From Narcine bancroftii (lineage: Eukaryota), in NCBI RefSeq assembly GCF_036971445.1, contig NC_091469.1:280364001-280428000 (forward strand): 64,000 bases of DNA, read 5' to 3'. Position 1 is the first letter of the stretch, and every line of letters begins with the position of its first letter. The notes under the pieces are model-generated. The model saw only the letters and a program-made list of their open reading frames with translations, did not search any database and had not been told where the DNA came from. Shown one piece after another: positions 39,785 through 52,206 of this stretch. The position numbers were made by a program, and so were the translations under genes.

Positions 39785-40330
39785 ACAATGAGATGCTGGA
39801 GCAACTCAGCAGGTCATGCAGCAAACACAGATACAAATGGAATGGCTAGTCAACGTCTCAGCTTGGGTCCCTAGATCGAGACTAAAGGAAAAGGTGATAT
39901 CAAGAGGAAAGAAGCTGTGGAGTGGTTATAAGGTGATAGGTTATTGGACAGAAGTTGGAAGAGATGGACCGCTGGAAAAGGAGAGTTGGGAATTAGAGAA
40001 GTAAGAAGAGATATAAACAGTGGAAGCAGATAGAGGTAGCGTTACTTAAAATTAGAAAAACTCACTGTTCTTGCCACTGGTTTTAAGGCTGACCGGGAGA
40101 AATATGATGTATTGTTCCTCAATCTTACATTGACCCTTCCCTGATGATAGATGAGTGGGAATGGTGAAGGGAATTCAAATGGTTAGCTACTGGGAATTCA
40201 AGCCTAGACTCACAGATTAAGCAAGTTGTTTAGCAAAGCAATCACCTAATCTGTTTATGGTCTCCCCGACGTAGAAGAGACCACACTGAGTGCACTAAAT
40301 ACAGATTAGTTTGGATGATGTGCTTTGACA
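39785..40330 (-). mobile_element. Penelope-like element fragment
   Basis: gatgctggagcaactcagc end motif; ggtctccccgacgtagaagag (minus: LFYVGET, GIY-YIG). Confidence 0.6.
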
Positions 40331-40889
40331 CCTCTATCACAAAGAAGTACAACAGCATTAAAAGGATGATGAAAATGTATAGTAAAAATGGGTGGCAGAA
40401 ATTGTATGATTTCATACTAAAGAAAGAAAAGTGAAAAGTGTTGGTGTTTGCTTTAAATCCCAGTATTCTTCAAAAAGGTTTACCACATTAAGGGGTATTG
40501 TCATCCTAGAAGCTGCTAAGATAGTTGGATCAAAGGTACATAACGTATCAATTCTCAAGGTGGGAACTAACATATGAATGTTTGTTTCTTCAATTTTGTG
40601 CTTCTTTTAAACAGCCAATTCTAGAGTTTTGTTATTTACCAGTGATTTTGTGGATTTAGCGATCAGATCAGATGTTTGTCACTATTCAAGAATGTAATTT
40701 TAAATTTGAATGTCTATTTAAATGTCCAGTATATAGTAATTATTTCTGGAAAGGAAAAGAATACTTAGATACAAAGGAATCTTTCATTGTATTGCCAAAT
40801 AATCATTATTTCACTCCTTCATTAATGTGGATGATCAGGTGGGACAGGAAAAGGCCAACGAGACATTTTAGCTTGTAAAAACAGAAGTA

Positions 40890-41345
40890 AAACATGAAAG
40901 TCTGCAGACACTGTGGTTGAAGTAAAAACACAAAGCTGGAGAAACTCAGCTGGTCAAACAGTGTCCTTTATGCACCAAAGGTAAAAATACATAACCAACA
41001 TTTTGGGCCATGGACAGACATGTGAGTATGGGAGTAGAACGCAGAACTGAAATGGTTGGCCACTGGAAGGCTGTGTCACTGGTGTGGGCAGAGCAAAAGT
41101 GCTCAGCGAAGTTATCTCCTAGTCTACGCCCTCTCTCTCCGATGTAGAGAAGGCCACAAAGGGAGCACTGGATCCAGTAATTCAATCCTGCAGATACACA
41201 ACTGAAGTGTTGCTTCACTTTGGGGCCCCAGACTGTGGTGAGGAAGGAGGTGTGGACATAAATGTGGCACTTCCTGTGGCCACAGAGGAAGGTGCCCTGT
41301 TGGGGGGTGGGGAAGAGATGTGATTGGTGGGGATGGGAGTCGTGC
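40890..41345 (-). mobile_element. Penelope-like element, GIY-YIG endonuclease remnant
   Basis: ORF ...KQHFSCVSAGLNYWIQCSLCGLLYIGERGRRLGDNFAEHFCS is the GIY-YIG (Uri) signature of Penelope-like elements. Confidence 0.8.
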
Positions 41346-43005
41346 ACTTTTAGCTTTCTCAGAGAATACACAAAGCTTTCTCAGCTGAAATCATGCAGTC
41401 TTCTGTAGTAGAAAAAAGTAAGACAATTCAGAAGGGAAATGAGATAACAATCCTGCCAACAATCAAAGCTAATCCTGAAAACTACAATAACTCTTGAGTT
41501 CTTGGTTCCCTGAGGAGAAGCAGATCCAGTTTACATCCAATAGAGTACATGGAATCAGATGTCACTAACCAAACTATCAGCCTGTCTCAATAGTTTCTCT
41601 GACATAGTCCTGGTTTGGCTTTTCTGGTTTTAATTGACTACTTAATCCACATAAACTAACTCTAGTGCCCACATAATTTAGTAGACAGTGATCAAATTAG
41701 GTTTTATTCTGTTTTTCGCAGTTATTTAAACCCATCCAAAAGCATGTCTCCAATGTCGAGATCTCCATTTTCTTAAGCAAATATATTGCAGATGGTGCTA
41801 ATAACAATTTTGATCTCCCTAAAAATCTACAAAATTAGACAAAAAATAGCATGCAAGGGAACCATGATAGGATAGATACAGGCAGGATTATTCCATCACA
41901 CCTCTGCTGTTGTTTGGTAGGCATTGGAAAGTCTGAAGTTAGGCACACAGTGTTGAACCTTTGACCTGCTGTTAAGGACTCTCATCTTGCCAGGTCTGGC
42001 TCAAGGAGGTTGCAATTACTTCAGAACATACAGCTCTCTCTCATTTGAGGAAGGGGTTGGTCTTAGAAATATGTCATTTTAATCAGCTGCCTGACTGGAT
42101 GTGGCTTTCATTTGACCCATTTGACTGTGAATCTTGCAAAGCCTTGCACAAAGGAAAAACTCTTCTATTTTGAATGAATTGTTTTGTGAATGTTACTTTG
42201 GATAGACTTGCATAGCTCTGATTGTTCATCTTTCTAAACCTTTACAACACCCCCTTTTGTTTACATTTCTGTGTCCTATTTTCTGAATATCTTTGCCACA
42301 TCTGACATTGTCTGTTGGTGCTAAATAAGGCAGCTAATTATTGTTCAGTTAAAATAACTGAGGTTCCTCCATGTAGGATTCTTCCAGACCATGCACAATT
42401 AAAAATACCATTCTTTTAACTTAAATTTTGACATCTGTCCCAATCTGAAAGACAATTGTCTACTTTCAATCTCTTCATTAAATTCGAACAAAGATGACAA
42501 GGTCCTATAAGCAAGAGAGCTTCAGCATCTGGTTAAAAATGGCAACAATGTGATTTCTTGACCTCTTTGATTTTGTTGGGGAAGACAATGAATTAAAATA
42601 TACTCATGGAGTAAATATATAAGCTTTAAATAATGGGCAAAAGATACTTGAGGGGTGGGTGAGGTTGGTGAAGAAAACTTCTTACACAGAGAGGGCTACG
42701 ATCTGGAACTCATGGCTGGCAAGAGGGTGGGAACAATCAGTTAGTGTTTTCAAAATGAAAATAAATAGGTAACGGCATTAAAAAAGATTAGGTAAACGCT
42801 ATTGATTACAGTTAACAAAGAGCAGCAGCATATCTGATGGGCCGAATAATCCCCTCGCCGTAAAACATTCTGGCTTTCTATGATTCTATGTAACTACCTG
42901 GGCATTTCTGCAATCACCAGCGCTTTGCTTGTTTAAATGTGACATTTTCACTTCCTTATGGTTTGCCTAAATTGTTGTGAAGTCACGAATAGTGGTGTTC
43001 TCAAG

Positions 43006-43193
43006 CAGCCGTTCTCAAAGGAGGCCACGGATTGAAATAATAAAATATTTTTTGTTTGTTATGTACAGTGTGGTCCGTCGAAGGGAAATATAGAAGTAAC
43101 CAACTAAATTTGACTGTTTCACAGGGAAGGGAGCCCATAAACTTTGAGCATAGCATTAAGGGGGCTGTAGTCAAAAAATATTGAGGATGGTTG
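43006..43193. mobile_element. hAT-Charlie-like MITE
   Basis: TIRs cagccgttctcaa / ttgaggatggttg; degenerate 8-bp flanks ttctcaag / ttctaggg. Confidence 0.5.
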
Positions 43194-43199
43194 TTCTAG

Positions 43200-45600
43200 G
43201 GGACTGGAGAATATTTAAAAAGCATTAGCCAATGTATAATTAATCCCTATACGAAAATTAGCAATGGTAAAAGGAAAGTCAAATTATGAATTACAGTATT
43301 GTCAAAAAGAATGAATTATTTCAAGAGATAAGAGACTTTATGCTATTTATCAAATGAAAATGTAACAATTGTAAATATTTAAATAGGGTATGTAAAGGAT
43401 ACAAATTAAGTATATCTCAATGATGCTAAGATGACTCAAAGATCAGGCTTTTGCAGGTGGAAAGTGAAATTATCTCGTATTTAAAATTAGGAGGGAAAGG
43501 TTTCAGTAATAACACAGAAAACAAATGTATGGAGTGCATTAGGGATGGGAAAATGGTCCAGCTGTAAAAGGTGAGATAGTGTTAGACCAAGACATACAAT
43601 GTTGTCAAAAAGTGTAATAGCCTGAGGATGAGGAAATGTTCAGAATTCAACAAAGCAAGACCAAGATTTTTTTCAAGAAAGGTAAGATAATAACACAATA
43701 AAACAGACTGTAGAAAAGTCTGTTAACATGTAAAAGGGAGGGGTGGTGGTGGTGATGGTGGGGGGAGTAAGTTAGTGAGGGTTCTGAGACAGGAGAAGTT
43801 GGGCTGGAAAATGAGGAAATGGAAAAAAGGTCCAATGTAAAACAAAGAACAATACAGCACAGTACAAGCCGACAGATATTTTATTCCTATTTTCACAACA
43901 AAGTTCTCGGAGCCTCTTGGAGATTATGTAGAAAGCAGGTCCAGAGTGGATGAGAAGCTGTAACTCACTTGTAAGGAAAAGGGGGAAGACAAAAATTCTG
44001 ATCTACTGACACCAGTTGTGGTGTTAATGATAATGATAACAGACACTGAAAGACTAAAAATAGGATTAGGCAATCAAGATGAGTTTTTAAAGGGAAAATA
44101 ACGTTTGACAAATTTGTTAAGCTAACAGAATTGATGAAGAAAACCAATAGAATTTTAGAAGACTTTCTATATGATGCCATGAAAGATGTTTCTAAACCAA
44201 CTTGGATCACATGAGACTCTCGTAATATATTGGTGTGGACTAAATTTTGGCAAGTGGGCAGAAAACTGACAACAGGAATAAATGGGTCATTTTTGGATTG
44301 GGTGACTGTGATCAATGGAATGCCTCAAGGACTGGTGTTCTCAGTTTATATTAATGATTTGGATCAGAATAATATCCAGTTTCCTGATGATATAAAGCTG
44401 GGTGGCAGAATTGAGGATGATGCAAAAAGACTTCGGGGAGATATAATGTGCAAAAATCTAAAATTATTGACTTCATAGAAACAAAAATGTCTTTAAATAT
44501 GATTGAAAAATTAGTGTTCAGAAGGATATTCTCGACCTGTATGCAGGGTACTGAAAACTAATGTGCAAACTTGGCACAGAGAGAGGAAGTTAACCAAAAT
44601 GTTGGCTTATATTGCAGGAGGATAGGAGTAAAATAGTGAAGACATCCTGCTATTGGACTCTGAGATAATGTATGGAATACTTCGTACATGTTTGATCTCC
44701 CTAGCTAGCCAAGCATACACTTGCAAAAGGGAATGCAACGGCAGTTTAGTAGGTTGTTTCATTGGATGGTAGGTTCATTCAATAAGGAGAGATTATTCAG
44801 ACTAAGCCGATATACCCTGGAATTTCAAAGAATGAGAGGTGAAAGCATTGAAATGTGCAAAGTTTTTATGGGGCTTGACATAGTCAGAATGATGTTTCCC
44901 CTGAGTTGATGTCTAGAAGAACCAAAGGGTTACAGACTGTAAGGTAAAAACATCATGAGATGGGACCGGAGAAGGAGTCACCCAGTACTAAGGAGTAACA
45001 GAATGCAGATGTGATCTTGTACACTCAAGATAAGCTTTGCACTAACAAGAATGATGTGCAGCAGACTAACAGAGAAGGATAGCAACAGTTTATTCATTGG
45101 ACAATGTAATGGTATGATAATTTACTAAGTACGTATCCTGAGGTATAAAAAAAACACCACTTGCTGATAACGGCAGAATGCGCCTTCTCCAACTAACACT
45201 GTTAGTTGCAAGTGTTACAATCCGGTAATAAAGAACAAAGAACCTTGATTTCGACTCAGTCTGGTGTCTGACTCACTCATTCATGAACAAAGCAGACCTA
45301 ACAAGACTCAAAATAAGAAATTGGCCATGTAGGATTGCGGTAAAAAGAGATTTCTTCACCAAAATAGTCATGTATCTTTGGAATCATCCACCAAGAATGC
45401 AATGGAGGCACAGTTGCAGGGTTTGTTAAGTGGAAGAAAGGACACATTTTATTTGCAGATATTGAAGGAATCAAGAGATATTGGATTGGTGTAAGAAGGA
45501 GGCACTAAGGTAAAAAGATGAGCCACAATCTTACTGAATAATGGAGCAGGCATGAATGGTCAAGTCACTTTACCCCATTTCTATATTTTTTAATGTTCAT
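43200..45600 (+). mobile_element. Long degenerate CR1-type LINE containing a solo LTR
   Basis: GINGSFLDWVTVINGMPQGLVFSVYINDLD..QFPDDIKLGG (RT core) and QRQFSRL...LEFQRMRGE. Confidence 0.8.
44938..45303 (+). mobile_element. Solo LTR (366 bp; Gypsy/ERV1-like 4-bp TSD)
   Basis: TGTAAGGT...ACCTAACA termini; TSD agac at 44934-44937 and 45304-45307; TATAAAA at 45144; AATAAA at 45227; the CR1 sequence is contiguous once the LTR is removed. Confidence 0.85.
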
Positions 45601-45759
45601 AGAAGGGAAAGATGTTGTTTAAAAGAACAATTATAAAGAATACAGGAAACCTATCAATGGACCCTTGAGGAGAGCCTTGACCTTTGAGTCAAGAACTATG
45701 CTATTTAAACTTACAATAGTAGTAATAGAATATTAAATATAATAATGAGAATGATAAGG

Positions 45760-46125
45760 AAAATGGAAAGTGAGTGAAAAAGGGGCTGGTCATTTTTAAA
45801 AAATCCTTTCACAAATGGTGGTGAATATTGGAATTGTCTACCCCAGAGGGTTGTGGAAGCTCAGTCATTAATTGGCTAATTGGGCGGTACAGATTTCAAT
45901 GGCCGGAATCGGATTCTACCATGTTGTAAATAAGTTTAATAAAATTTAATTTAGTTTAAAGTTGGAGGAAGATAATTTTATGAAAGACCAGGGAATAAAC
46001 GATTACGGAGATCTGGCTCAGAAGAGGAGAGTTGAGGCCCGCGTAGATCAGCCATTATCATATTGGCTGGTAGGGCAGGTTTGAGGGGCTTGGTGGCCTA
46101 CTCCTATTATCTTATGTTCTTGTGT
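45760..46125 (+). mobile_element. CR1-type LINE 3' end (with small SINE-tail insert)
   Basis: ggtggtgaatattggaattgtctaccccagagggttgtgg...ggcctactcctatt...ttatgttcttgtgttc. Confidence 0.6.
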
Positions 46126-46635
46126 TCAGGGAACACTTTACCTTGGTTTCAAGATTCTAAAATCAAGGAAGATGTTCAGTCACTTCATTATAGTTAAAAA
46201 GATTATCATGAAGAAATTATTCAGGCTGACAAACTATAAGAGTAAGCTGGTTAAATCTGCAATCAAAATTTTTGAAGAGTAATTTTGGTTGGAGATTGGC
46301 GGACAACAAACATTCCAACTTCCTTCAAAAAATGGAGAAGAGAATTACGGGTACTTTAGACTTCACTCCACGACATAGTAAAATAAACTAATCAAGATCA
46401 ATCACTGCAGTTTTCTAAAAGAAAGTCCATTCTTGACCAATATATTTGAAATAAAAGTGAGAATAAATACATTTAGTGGATGTGATTTTGTATGAATGTT
46501 CCAAAAGCATTAGCAAGGAATCCCATGGGAGATTCTTGGCAAAGATCATTGCAGAATTAAGAGGAATATTGTGAAATAGACAGAGGAGATGGCACCGGGT
46601 AAAGGAGAAAGGTTGCTTTTAAGACTGGAAACGTC

Positions 46636-47360
46636 TCAGAATCAGAATTTATTGTCAAGAACTTGTCATGAAATTCATTGTTTTGTGGCAGCACCAAAGT
46701 GCAAACATTTATATCAACCACCGTACAAAATAAATTTAAAAAGTCAAAGTAAGGCAGTGTCTCTGGTTCATTGTTCATTCGAGAATCTGATGGCAGCAGG
46801 AAAGAACTGTCCATATGTCATTGAATGCTTGTCTTCAGGCTCCTGTACCTTTTCCCTCATTGTAGCAGAATGAACAGGGCATGGCCTGGGTGGTAGGGGT
46901 CCTAGAGGATAGAGGCTGCTTTCTTAAGGCACCACCTCTTGTAGATGTCCCTAATGGAATGAAGACTGGTGCCTGTGATGGTACCGAGTTAACAACCCTC
47001 TGGAGTTTTTTTCTTGTCCTGAGTGTTGGCTCCTTTGTATAAGACAGTGATGTAACCAGCCAGAATACTCACCACGGTACACCTTTAGAAGTTTTTGAGA
47101 GTCTTCAGTGACATATGAATCTCCTCAAACTCTTCACAAAGTATAGCCACTGGCGAACCTTTTTCATGATTGCATCAACATGGAGGCTCCAGGACAGATC
47201 CTCAGAGATGTTGACACCCAGCAATTTGAAGTTTTTGACCCTTTCAACTGCTGACCCCTCGATGAGGACTGGTTCATATTCTCCTGACTTCCTCCTGAAG
47301 TCCACTATCATCTACTTGGTTTTGCTAACATTGAGTGCACTTTGTTGGTGTGACATCACT
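46636..47360 (-). mobile_element. Rex1/Babar-type LINE, 5'-truncated
   Basis: IVDFRRKSGEYEPVLIEGSAVERVKNFKLLGVNISEDLSWSLHVDAIMKKVRQWLYF; tcagaatcagaa tail. Confidence 0.85.
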
Positions 47361-47944
47361 CAGAGAATTCCCTTACAATAGGTTATGCTGGGATTGTCTG
47401 CATCTGTTGTTATTGTGTTTTAAGCATCATTATTATTTATTCTATTAATTGGCCCCTTGTTAACACCTATTTATAATGGAACCTGCCTGTAAAAATTGTG
47501 TACCCTATAATTACATGCAGTGATTTCAGCTGAGCTTGTTGAAAAAGTTTTTACAGTACATTAATGTAAAAATTGAATTGAAATTTAAGTAAGAAAATAA
47601 TAAAATATTATGTCTTCTTAAAATGTCAACTGAGTTACAACTGCATACCTTGGTCAGAATTTTTCACCCCTTTAATCTCATTTTCCCTCAAGGCTACAGT
47701 TGGCCTTGACTGCCTGGGGACAAAAAAGTGCTTTAACTTGAGGGGAAAATAACAAAAATTGATGGAATTCAAGGCTGCAATAAGGATTACATTCATGAAG
47801 AATGACAACTGGGAATCAAATACAGCTTAATATAAAAAATGTGAAGTTGTTTATATGGAAATAAAATAGAGATGATATAAATAATTTAAAATACAACAGG
47901 GCAGGAAAACGAGCAATAGTTACTCTGCATTATTCATAAAGAAT

Positions 47945-48260
47945 AACACAGTGGCACAGATAGAACTGTTAGAGCTGCAGTCTCACGTGTTCAGTACTGA
48001 GTTCAGTCTTGACCTCGGTTGGATCCTGTAACTGCATAGGTTTCATCTGGCTGCACCAGTTTCCTCCCACATCCCAAAGTTGGCATTTTGGTGGGTTAAT
48101 TGGCCATTTTAAATTACCAGATGTGTGCAGATGAGAGGTAGAATCTGAGAGTTGTTGATGGGATTGTGAGGAGAATAAAATGTGATTGGTGCTGGTTTGG
48201 TATAATTTAATGCTTGATGGTTCGTATGATTCAAAGAGCTGATGGCCTCTTTCCTCACTG
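47945..48260 (+). mobile_element. tRNA-derived SINE (older)
   Basis: cacagtggcacag...gagttcagtcttgacctcgg...gtttcctcccacatcccaaag. Confidence 0.6.
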
Positions 48261-51200
48261 ATTCAATGTCACTGCAAGGTGATAAATCCATGAGAAATTA
48301 ACAGAAACTATTACTTTAAAAATGTGCCTTCAAATGCAACAAAAAGAACAAAAATATGAACATATAGGAGGAATGTAATTATTCTGCTATGCACGTTTGG
48401 CATGGAGAAGAGAAAAGCAACTCTCCAGCCACCAACATTGTGTGAGCACCTTCAGGTATCTATTGAAATGGTTCAAGAGATGATTCATCACTAACATCTA
48501 GTTCAGAAGGAATGAGAAATGTTGGCTTTGCTGATGATGCCAATATGAAGAGTTTGTTTCTGACTTGTAATGTTCTGTAATTTGATGTTTTAGGGCCAAA
48601 TTACTATCAGTCATGTGCTTCGGGCAACTACCTCATCATCTTTTGGAGTGTCAGAAAGGTCAAAGCTGAGAGAGTTAGCGTTTATTTCAGAGTCTGCTTG
48701 GTTTTGATCCAAAGAGTACCAGGTGATCGATTACGTGACCCAGAGTCAACATGAGTACTCCTTTAAGAGGCACCCGTGGTAAAACATTATTCTGTTGAGT
48801 GCCGTGAGTACCTAGAAGGCTAGTCACGTGCACCACGTTAGAACTAACCTGGTCCTCTGGTCCTTCTCTCCAAACAAGCCCCCTCTTGTCCTCAACACAC
48901 CACCGACTAGAACAAAGTTTTGGTCAAACATTGATATTTCCTTAAGATGTTGTTTCTCTTGAATGGTGTAAAAATTGGCAGGCTGGTGTTGTCAGATTAA
49001 TGATTTAGCGACATTGAGGAAGGTCGACTGGAAAACTATCTAACCCGTTTGGAAGCTCTTTCCAATCGCTTTATTCTCCTTTTCAAGAAACCTGTGCATT
49101 CACCTTCACCTTCTCCACACGTCCCTTTAACCCTGTCCTTGAGATCCAGTTCGTCTGGCCCCGTTATTAATATGCAGTTTGTTAATTTGCTGAATTGGTC
49201 CCTGATGCATTCTGAATGCATTCAAGAATAAGAGCACCATGAAGACACGATAGACACCAAAGCACTTCGATTAAAATTCTCTTGAACGCTCACTATATGT
49301 GGAATTAATTATAAGCATTGATTCCGGAAAGGTCGGTCCAAACTATATTATCATTTATGTCTTCAGTATCAAACTCTTCCCTTATTTTTTGGTTTGGACT
49401 GAATGGACGTTTCCTCTTGAAATATAATTCCAGTTTTAACATGAATATCCACAACATTTCGTTAACTGAACCCAAGTAGCTTTATTATATTGCAAGTTCA
49501 AATAAACCCCTGGTTGATATTAGTTGAGGGATTCTATCCATGAAGGTCTTGTCTCCATTTTCCTGGAATAATGAATTCATACCAGTACCAGACACATTTT
49601 ATGGACAACCTATGTCTTGACCCTAGTTATGCAGTGTTCAGAAAGCGCATCATTTCAGATTCAAGGTCAAATGCTGACATCTTGTCTGCAATCCATCGAC
49701 CAAAGGGTTAATTTCCAAGCCAAAGAATCGATGCGCGGCAACGACGTTATCCGTGTTTTGCGGCTGATTTAAACAGTTATTCCTTTCCCACTGCGGAGAT
49801 TTCAGGAAAATCGGACGTAGTGCTAGGTACCACCTGCTGGAGCACTGAGGAAATACTCCCTCCTGAAAGCCTCGACCTTGTCCCTTTTGGTGTCTCTTAT
49901 TTTGGATTTCTGTGAGAAAGTATTGTAAAATAGCGCGCAGAAACTTGTTTCTGCTGCGGTCAGAGGGAGATGCAGAAGAGGAACTGTTCCTTAAAATAAC
50001 AACGGAAGGAATCATATTACTATAGACATCTTGGAAAGACATTCCAGTGTCTCTGGTTAACTTTCAAATACACACAAAGATTGACGAATTTTGTTCGAAA
50101 CGAACCTGAATGCACAGGAGGCGGGAATGGCTCTAGACTGTGCGCAATCTAATAAGTAGCGAATAACTGGAGATGCCTGACATGTTTGTTTACATGCTGC
50201 CTGTTTCACTATATATATATTTCTGACTTCTCCCTCCCGCTCTTTCTAAATTCGTTCGGAAATGAGCACGATAAACATGAATTCAATGCGGCACTTTTAA
50301 TATCAGTCTCTTTGTTAGTTGATAATGTTACCAATTTTGTATCATGTGTGTCTTCCTACCAGAAATTTGATTCTTTGCAAATCGGAAATTTCTTTTTTAG
50401 GCGCTAAGGTGTTGAGTGGTTTCGGTGCTTCTCCGGAACATACAGACTGGCATTGGTCTCTAAATAACCTGCAGATCGATAGCCTTCATTTTCTGAGGTC
50501 AGCGATAATAATGTATCACAACATCTCCAGGACTAGCAACAAAAAAGGTTTAAACCTGAAAGCGCATCACAGTCGTTCTCAGGAGACTCAGGGATGTAAA
50601 ATTAAACACCAACAATTTTACATTTAAAGCTCACAAACTGTAGAATTGCTGAAATATATAATGGCTCTTGTATATGTTTTTACTGTAAATGCTCTTGAAT
50701 CTTTGCTGTAACCTTTGTTATTCCTGCTATTTGTAGCCTGGGTTTCTTTTAAAGAAAAACAAATAGAAGTATATTACCATTATTCCCTTCAGTAAAATGA
50801 TCCATAGTTTATTTTGCACATATTTAAAACCAGGATATGAGGTTAAATTGGCTCTCGGATTCCGCTGCAGTCTGCACCCAGAGTGTGCGCCGATGGAATA
50901 CCAATGAGCCCAAATTTGAAACTCACTCCTGCTGTGCGTAATCTCTGTGACTTCAATCATAAGAACTGGTTCTCCGAAACAAGAAGATGCCCGCTTCCAT
51001 TGTACCCAGATGCTTGAAACTCGTCCAATAAATATATCACTTTAATCAATTACCCGAATTTGTATTTTGAGAGGATGCTCGCAAGACGACAGCCTTCGGT
51101 AAAAGATAGATGTTGCTGCAAAATTAGTCCTTTGCGCTCATCTGAATTTCCTATCCGCGCAGTTTTGCTACAACTCAACCTGCTTCATCACCCTGTAATA

Positions 51201-51529
51201 TTCTTATTTCCTTGTTACAAAGTGGGAGCACCTGATCTTGTTCTGGTTCCCCAAGAATCTCAAACAACGGATTCCCAGGCTCTCTGTCTAATTCGCACAA
51301 TGAAGTTCCCCTTCCACACAGATCTCCCTCCCTACCCCCGCCACCCACGTCTCCCTCAATCACTGTGATTTCCTAGTGCTGTCTATATGAATCCACTGGA
51401 AACGTCGCTTACATTCGTTAATGTAAGGTATTTCTAGAAATTGCACACGCTCCGCTCGTTTGACCAACAGGTTCTTGAGATAGAGTTCAAATTTAAATGC
51501 TGCAGACCAATGTTTTTTTTTGCTCTTAC

Positions 51530-52186
51530 CCGTGCATATTTAGAGGAATAGGGGTCTTCAAAGAGAGCCCAGATGCGGCGTTGCCATTTCCTCCACCAGC
51601 CGGGTTTTGCCCCGGCTTCAGGGGAACAGTCCCCGAGGGCGAGACGTTTGGTGTCCAACTCATCTTCCGAGTCCCCGACCCCGTCTCCTCCTCCGCCGCC
51701 GCCGTCGCCATCCGCACTGTTGAGATCCGGAGACTCGAAGCTGTCGAGAGCCTCCTCGGCGTCGCGATGCTGCCGATAAGTCATCCAGCAGCAAGGTTCT
51801 ACGTCGGTCTCATCGATTCCCCAGAAGGCAATCTCCTCCTCGTACAGGGGTCCGCACACATCGGCTGGACAGTGGAGTTTGCCCGTGCGGTAGTAGTTGA
51901 GGATGTGAGCAAACACCCCAGGGTGGCGGTCGAAGAAGAACTCGCCCGCCTTGGGGTCGTAGTCGAAATTGGCGAAGGCGCCGGGCTCGGTAAGCCATGC
52001 CAACCGAGTGCCAGGTAGGGTCTTCAGGGTGCTCCGGTACGTTTCGTGCCTAGTCCCTCCCACGTTTATCACGATGCGATCGTTGTCGTCGCCTTTGCCC
52101 ATCTCCTCGATCAGACATGTCGCGGAGGGGGGTCGCTTTCCTGGTGTGCTGCCGCGGGAGGTGGAGACCTGCACTGAGCTGATCAT
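51530..52186 (-). CDS. KCNC1: KCNC1 exon 1 (N-terminus and T1/BTB domain); upstream ATG at 52186, canonical Kv3.1 ATG at 52102
   Basis: [37 protein letters not shown]...[45 protein letters not shown]...[14 protein letters not shown]. Donor CGG|gtaaga (phase 0) joins in frame to exon 2. Predicted Kv3.1a is 512 aa from the second ATG and 540 aa from the first. Confidence 0.96.
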
Positions 52187-52206
52187 TCAGCACCGCGGAC
52201 AGCGGC
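52186..52206 (+). promoter_or_regulatory. RE1/NRSE (REST binding site)
   Basis: TTCAGCACCGCGGACAGCGGC versus consensus TTCAGCACCACGGACAGCGCC (19/21). Confidence 0.85.

Noticed and set aside
49650-51368. 100-130 aa ORFs in proximal intron 1
   Set aside because: No recognisable domains or splice-consistent structure; lengths are compatible with chance.
51434-51529. ORF-track C-terminal extension [10 protein letters not shown]... of the exon 1 ORF
   Set aside because: It lies beyond a strong donor (CGG|gtaaga) at the conserved Kv3 exon boundary, so it is intronic.
51434-52186. Calling the gene KCNC4 (Kv3.4) because of the MISSV.. N-terminus
   Set aside because: The T1 linker ([27 protein letters not shown]), the read-through tail [10 protein letters not shown] and exon 3 ([14 protein letters not shown]) are KCNC1-specific as recalled.
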